Source: Gekko japonicus
Lineage: Eukaryota
Length of the DNA: 64,000 bases
Assembly (NCBI RefSeq): GCF_001447785.1
Contig: NW_015162483.1
Location: 979,485 to 1,043,484, forward strand
Reading direction: 5' to 3'
The notes under the pieces are model-generated. The model saw only the letters and a program-made list of their open reading frames with translations, had not been told where the DNA came from and searched no databases. Positions 48,300 to 60,289 of this stretch are shown in pieces; position 1 is the first letter of the stretch, and every line of letters begins with the position of its first letter. The translations under genes were made by a program, and so were the position numbers.

Positions 48300-48991
48300 A
48301 CAGTTGTTTTGGGGGGTTTTGCTTGATTTTTTTTCTTGTATGTTCAGCTATAGCCAACAGATATATCTTTAAGATATGTTGTGATCAGCTATTAGATATT
48401 TGAACCAGGGCTTACTGAACAACCAGCTGCTAAGTTACTTGGCCATCTCTGCCACTCCCAATGTAATTCAGTAGCAAGCAGCAGTGTCACTGTAAAGGAA
48501 AATATGGGAAGAGTGATGGAAGAAGCAGTATTGATAGTGGCTCCGCAAGTTCCAGAAGGCTTAACTAGAGTTTTGTGCAACTGGAAGAAGGTAAGAAAGC
48601 ACAGACTTGTCATTCTGGTGTCCATTGTGTTCATCCAATGCTCCGCTTAGGGGAACTATCTCAAATAATCCTTGATGCATGTGGGGGACTATCAAACGGT
48701 TATTCTTGACTGACTACAGAGATGGAAAAGAAGGCAAGTCATAAAGTGCGGTGCAGGATTTGGACATCAGAGACCCAGGTTCCGGTCTCTGATCAAAATT
48801 GATGAGATGAAATGATGATACCTGGAAAGCCTTCCTCAAGCTTCTGCATAACATCAGGAATTGATCAAAATACACCCAAAGGAGATAATCTAATGTTTAC
48901 CAAGGTCTTTGGGTATCTGTATTTCACTGTCCTTATGGTGTCTATTTCAATGAACAGAACTATCATATTAATTTTATTTTGCTACCTGAAC

Positions 48992-49182
48992 ACTGCCTTA
49001 TACTGAATCAGACCCTTGGTCCATCGAAGTCAGTATTGTCTACTCAGACTCTCCAGAGTCTCAGGCTGAGGTCTTTCATGTCACCTCCTGCCTGATCCTT
49101 TTAACTGGAGATGCTGGTGATTGAACCTGAGACCTTCTGCATGCAAAGCAGAGGCTCTTCTACTGAGTGACAACCCCTCCCC
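48992..49182 (-). mobile_element. tRNA-derived SINE
   Basis: Minus strand ggggaggggttgtcactcagtagaagagcctctgctttgcatgcagaaggtctcaggttcaatcacc is a tRNA-like head with A/B boxes. Confidence 0.7.
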
Positions 49183-52100
49183 TTAATTAAAGTCAGTGCT
49201 ATCTAGTCCACTTTTCAAATTTGCTGTCATTTTTATATGCAGTCAATTGTTAAGGAATTTTGATTTGTTTAAAAATAATAATTCTGTATTACGTACCATA
49301 GGCTGACTTTCCTATGGTAGTTATTCTCAGCTCAAGATGAAACCATAGCTGTATTCTAGCAAAAAGTAGTGGCATACTGTCATCATTAGTTTCTTACCAA
49401 AGATTCTTTGTCAACAGTTCCGCTGTTTATCAAGTCACAAACTTTTCTATATTCTATATTACTATTCTGTTCCTCACTTTATTTAGATATGATTTGCATC
49501 TAATTAACTGAAGCATAAATAATGGGTATTCTTTTGTTAATGCTATCAAAATACATAGGGGTTTTCACCGTAACCCCTGAACTCACTGAAATAATTACTA
49601 AAAAATTTTGGGATAATTATGGTACTTTCTGTTTTGGTGAGAAAAGAAAAAAAATGAAAATGATAGGATGGGATTTGCATGTTATTATTATTATCACTTT
49701 GGCATTTTGAGAGTATTCTTCAAGTTATATCATGTTTTCCATCAGAGTGGAGAGGTGTGCTATTTCCCCCCCACATAGAACCATGTGCTATTTGATAAAA
49801 TCTCTGATGTATTTTCAGATTGGTTTCAATAATCATTCAGTGCAATCCACAGCTCCACAGACATTTTCATGAACCAAAATGAAAGGCTGAATGTATACTC
49901 CAAAAAAATAGTGGATGTAGATGGTCAAAGATTTGCAGCCCCAGCACCTAAAGAAGGGAATAGGGCAGCAGGATCCCATGCGGCCAGGTGAGGAGGCTGG
50001 GCGGCATGACTTCCTTTATCCCCCCCCATGGTGGCCCATCCCTTTCCCCCTCTCCCAGGTCCAGTTCAGCCCCATCACAGGCCCACTGGGGAAGGGGAGG
50101 GCCAAGTTTTATTACCACTGCAGCTGCACAGCCTGCCTCACCTTGAAGGACACAGCCACCATGGCCACTTGTCGCCCTGCTGGCTCTTCCCCACCATGTG
50201 GGACTAGAAACGGAGCCCAAGGTGAGTCAAGGCCCACCATCCCTTAGTTTACATGGAACGTGACTTGTCAACATCTCATGTTTTCATCCAAGGAGCCTGT
50301 TGACTGTGGCTATGGAGTGTTATAGTAATCATTCCACAACTTGCCTTGCCTTGTCTGTGCAAGATAACACAGCTGTAAATGACTACTATACTGCAAGATC
50401 CAATGATGTGAGGATGCAGCCTTACAGTTCAATACTACGCATCTGGGTTCCAATGAAAGCCACTCTCAACTCAATAGAACTTACTCCCAAATAATTTTAT
50501 ATTGGATTGCAGTCAGTTCTTTTTTAAAAAAATATATACACAACAATAACCAGTTATATAAGCTATTTGCTTTATATATGATGCTCATAAGTATTGATGG
50601 GCATTTAAAATATTTTTATATTATTATTTCTTTGGTAATGGGAACTGTTATAGGGCCAACAAACACGATAAATATGCCATGGTTTTGTATTGGAACATAG
50701 ATCTAGAAACAGAAGCTGGAATCCAAAGGTGCCATTCCATCAACAAAAACACAATTCCTTCACCATCAAAGTATCTCTGTTTGCAGAGTTGTGAAGAACA
50801 ATTTTTGACAATTCCTGCCTCCTGATGCACACTTCCATTTGCCCACACATTGTTCCATGAGATACATTGACCCACAAAAGCACAATCTGGGGAGAGAGGC
50901 ACAGAAGTGGGAGGAGGTAAAGTTGACTTCCTCAGCTGGGACTTGGCTAATATTGCTTAGGAGGCAAGCCATGGTTGCTGTAGTATGAACTACATGGTCC
51001 TACACATAAATATTGCTTCAGTGCCCCCTGCTAAAAATTCCTTTTGATTCAAAAGTAAGGTGCAGGTCTTCATTATCACACTGTATCCAGAGCCATTCTA
51101 ATGTCCCATTCACAGTCCCACCTTGGACAGCGCTCGGGTGGCTAGCTCTACCTACTCTACTTGCATCTACTAACAGTAGACGGGAGTGCTGCTGGCACAT
51201 TATTAGCATTATTATATGTTGCAAACTCTGTTCCTCCCTCATCCTGTGCACAAGTGTGTGTGTGTGTGTGTTTAACATGCCGTAAAGTCGCAGCAAATTT
51301 ATGGTGATGCTAGCAAGAGTTTTTCAAGTAACTGAGAAGCAGAGGTGGTTTGCCACTGCCTTCCTCTACAGAGTTTTCCTTGGTGGTCTCCCTTCCAAGT
51401 ATCAATCCTTCGAGAGTCTCCTAGACTATTTATTCTTGGTGGAGGAGAGTGGAATTATTTCCAGATCGTCTTAGAGGGCAGGTGTCAGAAGGCAGTGCTG
51501 GAGAACCTGCTCTCCTTCTTGGCTATTAGCCTATGAAATTCTTTAAAGTTCCATTTTGTATCTCACATTGTTTAAATATCCACATGAAACAGTTGGGAGA
51601 AATCATCTGGAGATTTGGAGCCAACTGTCAAGAAGAGAGAAGGTGGCAGTGCTAAACTGTGTCTGGAGCTGATGAAGGACTTGATGATTGTGAACAAATT
51701 GAAACCTGATTCATACAAAATTGAAATGCTGTGGATTACAGATAAAGCTGGCATGGGAATTGGTGTACAGCCTGTGCTGAATAAGGCTGCAGTTCTGAAA
51801 GTGCAGGTTCAAGAGCATGAAACTACTCTAAGGCTGTGGCTGCTGTTCCGCAGTCAATGGGCTGCCATTCTAACCTATCTCCCAAACGGATTAAACAGAT
51901 ACCGGGGACATTCCAATGTCAACAGGAACACTCTGCAGTCCCAGATGTATTACTGTTTCCTTGCATGACAAAGCTGTTTGGGAAGCCTGGAGCTTCCAGT
52001 TCATAACCACCATTTTTTGCAAAGTAAGCAAGGCGCACTTAAGCGTCTATGGGTGCCCAGCTTGGGAGTCCCTGCCAACCAGAAGACTACACTTCTGTGC

Positions 52101-53397
52101 AAGTGGGCATGGGACTCCCTTCCAGAACAAAGGTGGCTGAGTCTGGAGGGCTGGCAATGGGGTGCTTGTGCACCTCAGCCAGTTACTGGGGGATGTGTAA
52201 TCAAGGAACACCGGAGTAAAGCTGCAGCACTATCAGAGTGTGCCATACTTGTTGTCTGACTGCAGCCTGAGACTCAGATGAGAAATCGGACAAGCTTTTG
52301 AGGCACAGTGACAGAACACTCCATTTTATAGACTCTGGACAACATGATACAGTTTCACTTCAGTTCAAGAAGTTAGATCAATAAGCAGGAAGGCTGTGGA
52401 CGCAAGGAGGAACTCAACTGTTATTACACCTTAATTCATACCTTTAAATACATTTGCTGGTTATATGCCTTGATTTTTTCATCTCTCATTTTCTTTGATA
52501 TAAGTCCCTGAGAGTACCCTGTAGAGGACATATTCTTGTATTTTATTATAGTATACGGTATATATTTTGTGCGTCAACTTGGACACATATGATCCACATA
52601 AATAAAAAATCCAATTAGTAAGTGGCATGCATGGTAGCTCCGTGGTATCTGTGGGAATGTTCTAATAGAAACCTGACCCAGAATTTGGTTGTCAGGAATA
52701 TGGTTAAATCATCAATGAAAATAACATGAGGCCAAATTAAAAGGGAATATTAAATTAAAATGCATCTAGAACTGTAACTTGTGTTGTTGTTCAGTTGCAC
52801 AGTCAAGTCCGACTTGTGTGAATGTACATAAATAATTATTTATATGTAAGCATATGTAAATATTAGATATATTCTTGATGTCTTAAACCATTAATGTTTG
52901 TTGTTGTACTCTTGGACTGTGATCCAGAATGATACAAGAGCTCCAAGATAAACAAGAATATCACATACCACCTACAGTACATGTTAACTTGTAAATACAT
53001 TTTATTTGCAAAATATTTTATTAACAGTAGGTGGCAACCTTTGAAAATTAGATTTTAGCAGCACTGGTTTACCTCCAAACACAGAAATCTTAAATGCTGC
53101 TACAAATATCTTATAAAATGGAGCTGTATTTATCTGAAAATATTTTTAATGGAAAAAGATCACATTAGTTGCATTTTATTGTGTTGCACAGTATCCATTG
53201 AAATCCATTCCCTCCCTCCAATACCCTCCCCCCCTCAAATACCCTCCCCTAATCTGTACCATATAGTGGTAAGGTGCACAAGTTTGGGGTAACTGCCTCA
53301 AATTTTTCTAATATGGGTTTGATGAAGGAATGCAAATCTGCCCCACCCATGGACTCAGGTGTTCTGAATGACACAGATTATCTAGACTCCTATGACG

Positions 53398-53575
53398 ATA
53401 GATCCAGGTGGTCAGTCGTGTTGGTCTGAAGCAGTAGAACAAATTTAGAGTCCAGTGGCACCTTTAAGACCAAAAAAGTTTTATTCACGGTATGAGCTTT
53501 CGTGTGCATGTACACATTTTCAAATACATGCATGCACACGAAAGGTCATATCTTGAATAAATGTTTGTTGGTCTT
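53398..53575. mobile_element. Penelope-derived inverted pseudo-LTR (host of the Gypsy insertion; continues at 54573-54600)
   Basis: gagtccagtggcacctttaagacc...ttcgtgtgcatg / catgcacacgaa...ttgttggtctt hairpin arrangement. Confidence 0.7.
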
Positions 53576-54572
53576 TGTCAGTAAACTGCCATTTGTATTC
53601 TGTGTATGCTCTGTGTAACCTGCCTGCTGTATCATGGGGGTGGGGGGGAATTAGCTCTGTTGCTCTGTTCTCATCCTCCCTGTGCGCTTTATCTCTTGTT
53701 TTGTCCTTGGAATGCTTTTGCTGCCTTTGTAGTAAGTAAGACTGTGAGAACCGTTGATGGGGCCATTCCCAATCTGGCTGGTGTGAACCAAACGGCTGAA
53801 AGGGTATCTCCTGCCTTGATTTTCTCCCGCTCGAATTTCTGCTGAGCGTGAACTGTATTCATTGGCTTAACCCTTTTTTTGAACTGTCTATATCTGTCCA
53901 TGCTTGGCTTTGAGTTTCATTCCTGATAATGACCATGAAAGTGTATCAATACTGACTTGTATTAAAGCAACCTATTTTTATGAATTGTTGTGGACTGCAA
54001 CTGCTCTATTGAACCTGACAGATTGTCAGGAATCTTGCATACCCCTCGACCCATATCTCTCAGGCAGAGATGAGCAGAGATGAAGAGCCTGTCACTCCGG
54101 TGACTACTCACCAGAGGTGGAGGCTCACTGGGGGAGCCCGGCACGGCAGCCGTTTGAAACGGCGGCGGGATGCACTGGAACCAGTGGCCGAAGAAGAGGC
54201 TGAGCCCGACTGGAGCTGGAAGGAGTTCATGGAAGACTGGTTGGAACTTCTGGAGCAGGACCAAGTGGGTGTTTGAGGAGGAGGAAGCTGATGAGCTACC
54301 CCCCTCCCGGCATTCTGATTGTAGCATTGAACTGCTGCCGGGGCATAAACTGCCTAAAGAGAAATTGTATTCCATGAGCCCTAGTTAGAAGGAAGAACTG
54401 TGCAAGTTCATTGACAAGAACTTGGCGAGAGGGTTCATCCGCTCAACGTCCTCACCGTTTGTGGCTCCAGTGTTGTTTCAGAAGAAAAAGGATGGGGGGC
54501 TGCGGCTCTGCACGGGTTATCGGGGTCTAAATGCTGTTTCTTCAACTAATGCCTACCCTACTGAACCTGACA
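53576..54572 (+). mobile_element. Internally deleted Ty3/Gypsy (sushi/chromovirus-like) element with 5-bp TSD
   Basis: Termini TGTCAG / CTGACA; TSD gtctt (53571-53575, 54573-54577); LTR 53576-54020 with ATTAAA. Pol fragment 54269-54559: ELPPSRHSDCSIELLPG...[36 protein letters not shown]...AYP with one stop. Confidence 0.9.
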
Positions 54573-54881
54573 GTCTTAATGGTACCGCTGGACTATAAAT
54601 TTCTTCTATCTAGACTTCTATCGGTCAGGCTTTTTACCTAGGTATGGGACAGAAACCAACCTGGCCATGTCGGTCAGTTAACAATGGGAATGCATCCCTG
54701 TTGGTTCTCCTGAGCATCTGTCATTGGCTTTCAATACCATTTCAATACAACCAACTGGCTTTCAATACAACCATCAACAGAGAACAGTAACTCCACCCAC
54801 TTCCCCAAAACTACAGGGGTTGAAGAGATCTAAACAACCTGAATCGAAAAGCACAATGCCCTCCTGACATTTATAACATAA

Positions 54882-55812
54882 CTAGGAAAAAGGCCCATTG
54901 TGGAAATAAATACAACGGCCTCTAGAAAGAGGCTCTGGGCGGGTGCCCTGGCCTTGGACACTCAGTGTAAATTTGCTGTGGCGACCTCAGCAGGTTATAA
55001 TAACACTGAGTCCACCATTTTCTCCAGAGGAACTGATCTCTGCTACCTAAAGTACAGTTGTAATTGAGTGATCTCCAGCCCTCACCTGGAGATTGGCAAT
55101 GATGGTTCCCCAGAAAAGAATAGTTGGTTTGGAGGGTGGAGTCTATGGCTTTGTACTTGTCCGAGGTCCCACACCTGAAACCTCACCCTCTCCAGGCTCC
55201 ATCCCTCACATCTCCAGGAATTTACCACCTGGAGTTGGCAACCCTATCTCTTTCCCAGCCAATCATCAACCTATCTTTATTTCCCCCTCACTCTTCAGCT
55301 TTCCACCTCCCACACACCTGCAGCCTCTCCCGTGCTCTGAAGCCCTGACTGCTACGTCACATTGGCTGTCATATGGGGGCCACCTCAGCAGCACATAAGG
55401 ATACAGAGCCCACCATTTTCTCCAGGGGAACTGATCTCTGCCATCTGGAAAGCAGTTGTAATTCTGAGTGATCTCCAGCCCTCACCTGGAGATTGGACAC
55501 CTTTTACCTCAGAATAGCAAACTGTTTAGAATGTTAGAGGCAAAAGCCAATCGAGTCGCATATGCAAACGACCTCTGTGTTCTGAGGCAAAGACCAATGA
55601 GGCTGCATATGCAAATAACCTCTGTGTTCTGACTGGCTATGGGGGGAAGAGGAACAGCAAAATATTTAGAATGTTGGAGGCAGGACTCAGGCAAAGCAGC
55701 CAGTGGATAGGGAGACCCTCTGAATGACAGATCAGAGAGCGAACTGATTTTGGAGCGTGTGGAATGTTCTAGAGAAGTACCACCACCATTTGGTTTTTAT
55801 TTATAAGGGAGA
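54882..55812 (-). mobile_element. Non-autonomous Helitron (family B) carrying hAT-MITE fragments
   Basis: Minus-strand 5' a|TCTCCCTTATAAATAAAA; 3' hairpin gccgttgtatttatttccacaatggg followed by CTAG|t; no TSD. Confidence 0.8.
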
Positions 55813-56225
55813 TGTCTGGACACTTCCACTGATACAAAATACAGTAACTGGGGTCCTGGTAGCTGATGGAAGGAACAGATACGGCCAGTGTTACATCAGC
55901 TCGACTGGCTTCCAGTTTATTTCTGGAATTTCCCAAGTATACAGAAGCCTCCCTTTTGCTTGAGGTTGACAGTGGTTTGCTGCTTTACCAGGGATGGGCA
56001 ACCTTTTTAGCCTGTGCCAAAAAACCCTCACAAAAAACCTCATACAATTTCTAACAGTGAAGATATTTGTGTACTATGAAACAAAAGGGAGAAAAGAGAG
56101 CAGGAAAGAGAGAAATGTACCACTTTGGTATTAGAGAGAATTAGATTGTTATCAACATTGTTTACAGAACACTATGGACGTAAAACTGATATATATGATT
56201 ATAGACACAATTATATACTTAACTG

Positions 56226-56458
56226 TGAGCAAGTGTGGTGTAGTGGTTAGACTTAAAAACTAGGGTCTGGGAGACCCAGGTTCAAATCCACATTCTGTTA
56301 TGGAAGTTCACTGGGTGATTTTGGGGCAGTCACACACTCTCAGCCTAAAATATCTCATAGGGTTGTTGTGAGGATAGAATGGAGGAGAGCAGAATGATAT
56401 AAGATGCTTTGGACCCCCATTGTGCAAGAAGGCATGATAACTAAATAAATAATAAATA
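56226..56458 (+). mobile_element. Squam3-like tRNA-derived SINE
   Basis: A-box tggtgtagtggtt, B-box ggttcaaatcc, core ctgggtgatt...ctcagccta...agggttgttgtgaggata, (TAAA)n tail. Confidence 0.8.
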
Positions 56459-56795
56459 TAGCTAAAGTGGGAGGCAATAAAATGTAGGTTGGTGGGTGAG
56501 CCTGAAGGAGATAAGGGAGCAGGGAAAGAAGATGATATGGGGACTGCCAGGATGAAGGAAATAAGAAATAATGTGGGGGAGGGGTATTAGAAGGTGGGGA
56601 AACCCCCCCCCCCTCAAATCCTATTAGGTTTCCCACCAAACAACTGGGTCTGGCTCAACCAGCACTTTGCAACTTGGCCAGAGTTTTCCCAGGCAGAGGC
56701 TGCCAGGGAGATGGAAGGAAGAAAATCTGAAGATTGGGGGGGGGAGATAAAGGCAGGCTGGTGGGTGGGTGGATGGAAGCAGAAAAAGGGGAAAA

Positions 56796-56857
56796 NNNNN
56801 NNNNNNNNNNNNNNNNNNNNNNNNNNNNNNNNNNNNNNNNNNNNNNNNNNNNNNNNN
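56796..56857. other. Assembly gap (62 N)
   Basis: N run. Confidence 0.99.
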
Positions 56858-57506
56858 TCCACACAAGGCCTTGTGGGTTTCCCACTTGCAATACTGTAGT
56901 TTTGATATGATTTTGTCATTTCATAACCCAACAGTTGAATAAGTGAAGTGGAAATACTACAAATCAAGCCATTCATGCCACAGTCCCTTTGCAGTACACT
57001 CCTAAGTGGAGTTACCCCCTTCTAAATACATTAACCTCAATGGGTTTAGAAGGGTGTAATTTGGTTCAGGGCTGCACTCATCTTAATTTTAACTACTTTT
57101 AACTTCACTTGTCTGTGGACCAAGATATCTACAATGGCCTCTTGTAACACATTAAAACCTGATTTCATCCATTAAAGAAATATATCCAAATAAAATGTAT
57201 GGAAGTTTTAAAATATTATGGACATGCAGGTATTTACTGCTTAGAAGCACCTTGTAATTTATTGTTTGATGTTTTCCTCCAAACAATAGCAACAAATTTT
57301 GTTCACAGACCAAGCATACAACATCTCACAAAAATAATCAGTTCTTTTTTAAAAAAAAAAAAAACTATAATGAAAAATGTCTGAAAAGTTTTAAATAATT
57401 ATCCCTTCTTAATTCCCATTTCTTAACATAGCTCTTTTGGGTGACTATGTTTTGTGTGAAACCTATCCTGAACTGTATGCTTTAAACATAAACAGCTGCT
57501 TCTTAC

Positions 57507-57671
57507 CTGGACATCGCTGTTCGCTACACCGCCTAACTTCCTCTCCAGTTCCTTCACATTGTTGTCCAGTGATAGCTGCTCCTTGACATATCCTTATTCG
57601 CTTCTCCCAGCCACCATCACATGACTTGGAACACCCACTCCAATGGCCCCAGTGATTCCACTGACCATTAG
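57507..57671 (-). CDS. ADGRB3: ADGRB3/BAI3 coding exon, TSP1 repeat ([55 protein letters not shown])
   Basis: 165-nt phase 1-1 exon. Acceptor ...ccaaacAG|CTAATGG, donor CCAG|GTAAGA. Continues the reading frame of the upstream exon. Confidence 0.97.
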
Positions 57672-58273
57672 CTGTTTGGAAAAATGGATACTGAAAGTTC
57701 CACGATAACAAATGTTAAGATACATAAAGGAGTGGAACCCAATCAACTGTAAACCAACCCAATATGTTTTATTTATTTATTTATTATCACTTATCTTATT
57801 TCCCTTGCCCAGCTTCACTGTCCTTACAGCCCAACACACTTAAAAAAAAACTGGCTGATGCCAAGTATAAATGTGTATAGGTTTAAATTAATTACCCTTT
57901 GTAATAACATATAACGAAAAATGGCAAAGTACAACAGACAAATAGAGGACTATGGGCATGTTCCTCTCAAAGTTAGCATTTTTAATTCCCATTAATTTGA
58001 AACGGAAAGAGTTAGGCATGTGTTTTTAAATCTACCTTTGAAATCAATGGACTTTAATGTGATTAGATTTGGCAATATTGTGTCTCATCTCTGGTAAAAG
58101 CAAAGAGAATGACATTCATGAAATCATACTACTTTCCCATATAAGTAAATGTGGACTGCTGGTAACTGCACTTTCATAGTATATCATGAATACATAAAAA
58201 CACAATCACTAGTTATTTTCATTTAAGCTGCTCTTCTAAAGCTTCTAAAGCTTCAATATACTCTTTGTACTGT

Positions 58274-58633
58274 GGCCCCGGTCACACGGAGCATTTGACC
58301 CGCTGAAGGCACGATACTCCTGCGGATTTTCCGGGCGTGATCTCACCAGAACATCTGGGAAGCATAGCACTCCTGTGGCCAAACCGCTGCAAGCCGCCGA
58401 AACCGCATAGTTAAAAGCTACCAGGATTGACCTACCAGCAAATGGTTTGCCACAGGCTGCTTCTGGACTCCTGTGGTGTGATCGCGCCGGCATCCTCTTT
58501 GCTGCGCGTGCCAATGGTGGAAGCCCCGGTGTGGTGCCGTCAAGTCTGATCGCCTAATCACGCATCAGATTGCGACGGGGCAAAGAGCCACGCTTCCCCC
58601 CCCCCGCGTTTTCTGGCCCGTGTGACTGGGGCC
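58274..58633. mobile_element. PIF/Harbinger-like MITE, 3-bp TSD
   Basis: TIRs ggccccggtcacacgg / ccgtgtgactggggcc; TSD tgt; subterminal similarity to 31939-32397. Confidence 0.85.
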
Positions 58634-59319
58634 TGTATTTCTTTTCTTTGCACATCTATTATGCTTTTTTTCTCAGTATGATTTTCATTAATACCTTTGT
58701 GTTGTACAGCTCAATAAAAATATTCATATTAAAAAGACTAAGGAAAAATCCCTATATCTATTTATAATAGTCGAAGAAATTACTGTTTGTAGCTTTTGCC
58801 TCATTCTGAAGATAACTCTGTATTTTAAATTTATCAAATGCTTTTCTATAAATATTTTTAAACGTTCCCAAACTGTTACATTTGTGAAGTAAATCAGAGC
58901 CATTCTATAGACAGCTATCTGTAGCACTGAATCATATAGTTAAAAAAGCATGCTAGATTTCCCCATCATTTCATTGGTTGGTGGTAAGTCTTAGGTTTAG
59001 TATAAAGGGACATGGATCTAGCCATAGTTTAATTTCAGTATTTAAAACATACTTACATCACATGTTGACATTAATGAAACTTACAAATGGTTCTTTTTGG
59101 CTGGACTTAATGCGCGCACACACACACCCCAACCTTCAGAACAGTTAAGTGTGTTCACATCATTCTCTCAAGAATGACTTAAGGAAGAATGAGGGGAAAT
59201 TTTCCCTTAGCAGAAAAAAAATAGGCATCAAATTGTCACATATGACAGACCATCAGACATGGCCTCTTTTAACTCTTCTATGAACTGAAACCTTTTATCC
59301 CTGAAAGAGCCTTATGTAC

Positions 59320-59484
59320 CTGTGCATTCAGGGTTGTAACACTCCCTGCTTTCAGCCCATGGACCTCTGCACTCCGAGCCTCCATGGGCAGCTGCTGTGC
59401 ATTGTCGACTTCTCTGCTGTGTGCCATTGGAACATGTCACTGAGCACTGACTCCAAGCACTCCACTCTTGCCATTGTCCATCAA
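59320..59484 (-). CDS. ADGRB3: ADGRB3/BAI3 coding exon, TSP1 repeat ([55 protein letters not shown])
   Basis: 165-nt phase 1-1 exon. Acceptor ...gcaatAG|TTGATGG, donor ACAG|GTACAT. WxxWxxW and CSVTC TSP1 motifs; peptide nearly identical to BAI3 as I recall it. Confidence 0.97.
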
Positions 59485-59782
59485 CTATTGCAACACACAC
59501 AAAATAGAAAGACAAGTACAACCCATATTACCAGCAAGAACCAGCTTGAACCCTTTCTACGAGCTTGCACTTATTTTCAAATAAGTACACCAGAAAATAA
59601 AACATCAGGGTACAGCCCAGTCTTCCATGGATGTCACTGGAGGCAAACCCATAGGGTTGAAAGCAACCTGTTCCCTCTAGCACACATGAACTATACTGTG
59701 GAAGGCTGGGGCAGGTAAAAGTTAAGTAGGACTGGATCACTGTAAGAGATGCACACGCTGGCATTCTAGTCTATATAACAGA

Positions 59783-60289
59783 CTAGAAATAATGTCCGTT
59801 GCGGAAATAAATACAACGGGATCTAGAAAGAGGCTCTGGGAGAGTGCTCTGGCTTTGGGCAAACAGTGTCAGTTTCCTGTGGCGACCTCGGCAGGGTTTA
59901 ATGACAGAGTCCACTGTTTTCTCCAGAGGGACTGATCTGTGCTACCTGAAGACCATTTGTATGTTTGAGTTATCTGTAGCCCTCACCTGGAGAGTGGTAA
60001 CCATTGTTACCCATTCTCCTCTCCCCTATGAGGTATGTTATGCAACTGAAAATTCCAACTGCCTTGCGGGGGGGGGGAGTTTGAGGTGTGGAATGGAGTG
60101 AAGTCCAATCAGCTTCCATATGCAAAAGACCAGGTTGTCGCAGCAGTTGTGGTGTGGGCGGGACCCGGGCTTTGCCTTCTGATTGGTGGCGATATATGCT
60201 GAGGAGCAGTGCCATCAGCCATACACTAAGGGAGTGCATTTTAGAATTAGAACTTTGGCACCCACTATTCAATTATATATAAGGAGAGA
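59783..60289 (-). mobile_element. Non-autonomous Helitron (family B)
   Basis: Minus-strand 5' a|TCTCTCCTTATATATAATT; 3' hairpin cccgttgtatttatttccgcaacgg followed by CTAG|t; 3' region homologous to 54882-55100. Confidence 0.82.

Noticed and set aside
54170-54559. PEG10/RTL1-like domesticated gene
   Set aside because: Short pol fragment with an in-frame stop inside a TSD-bounded LTR element
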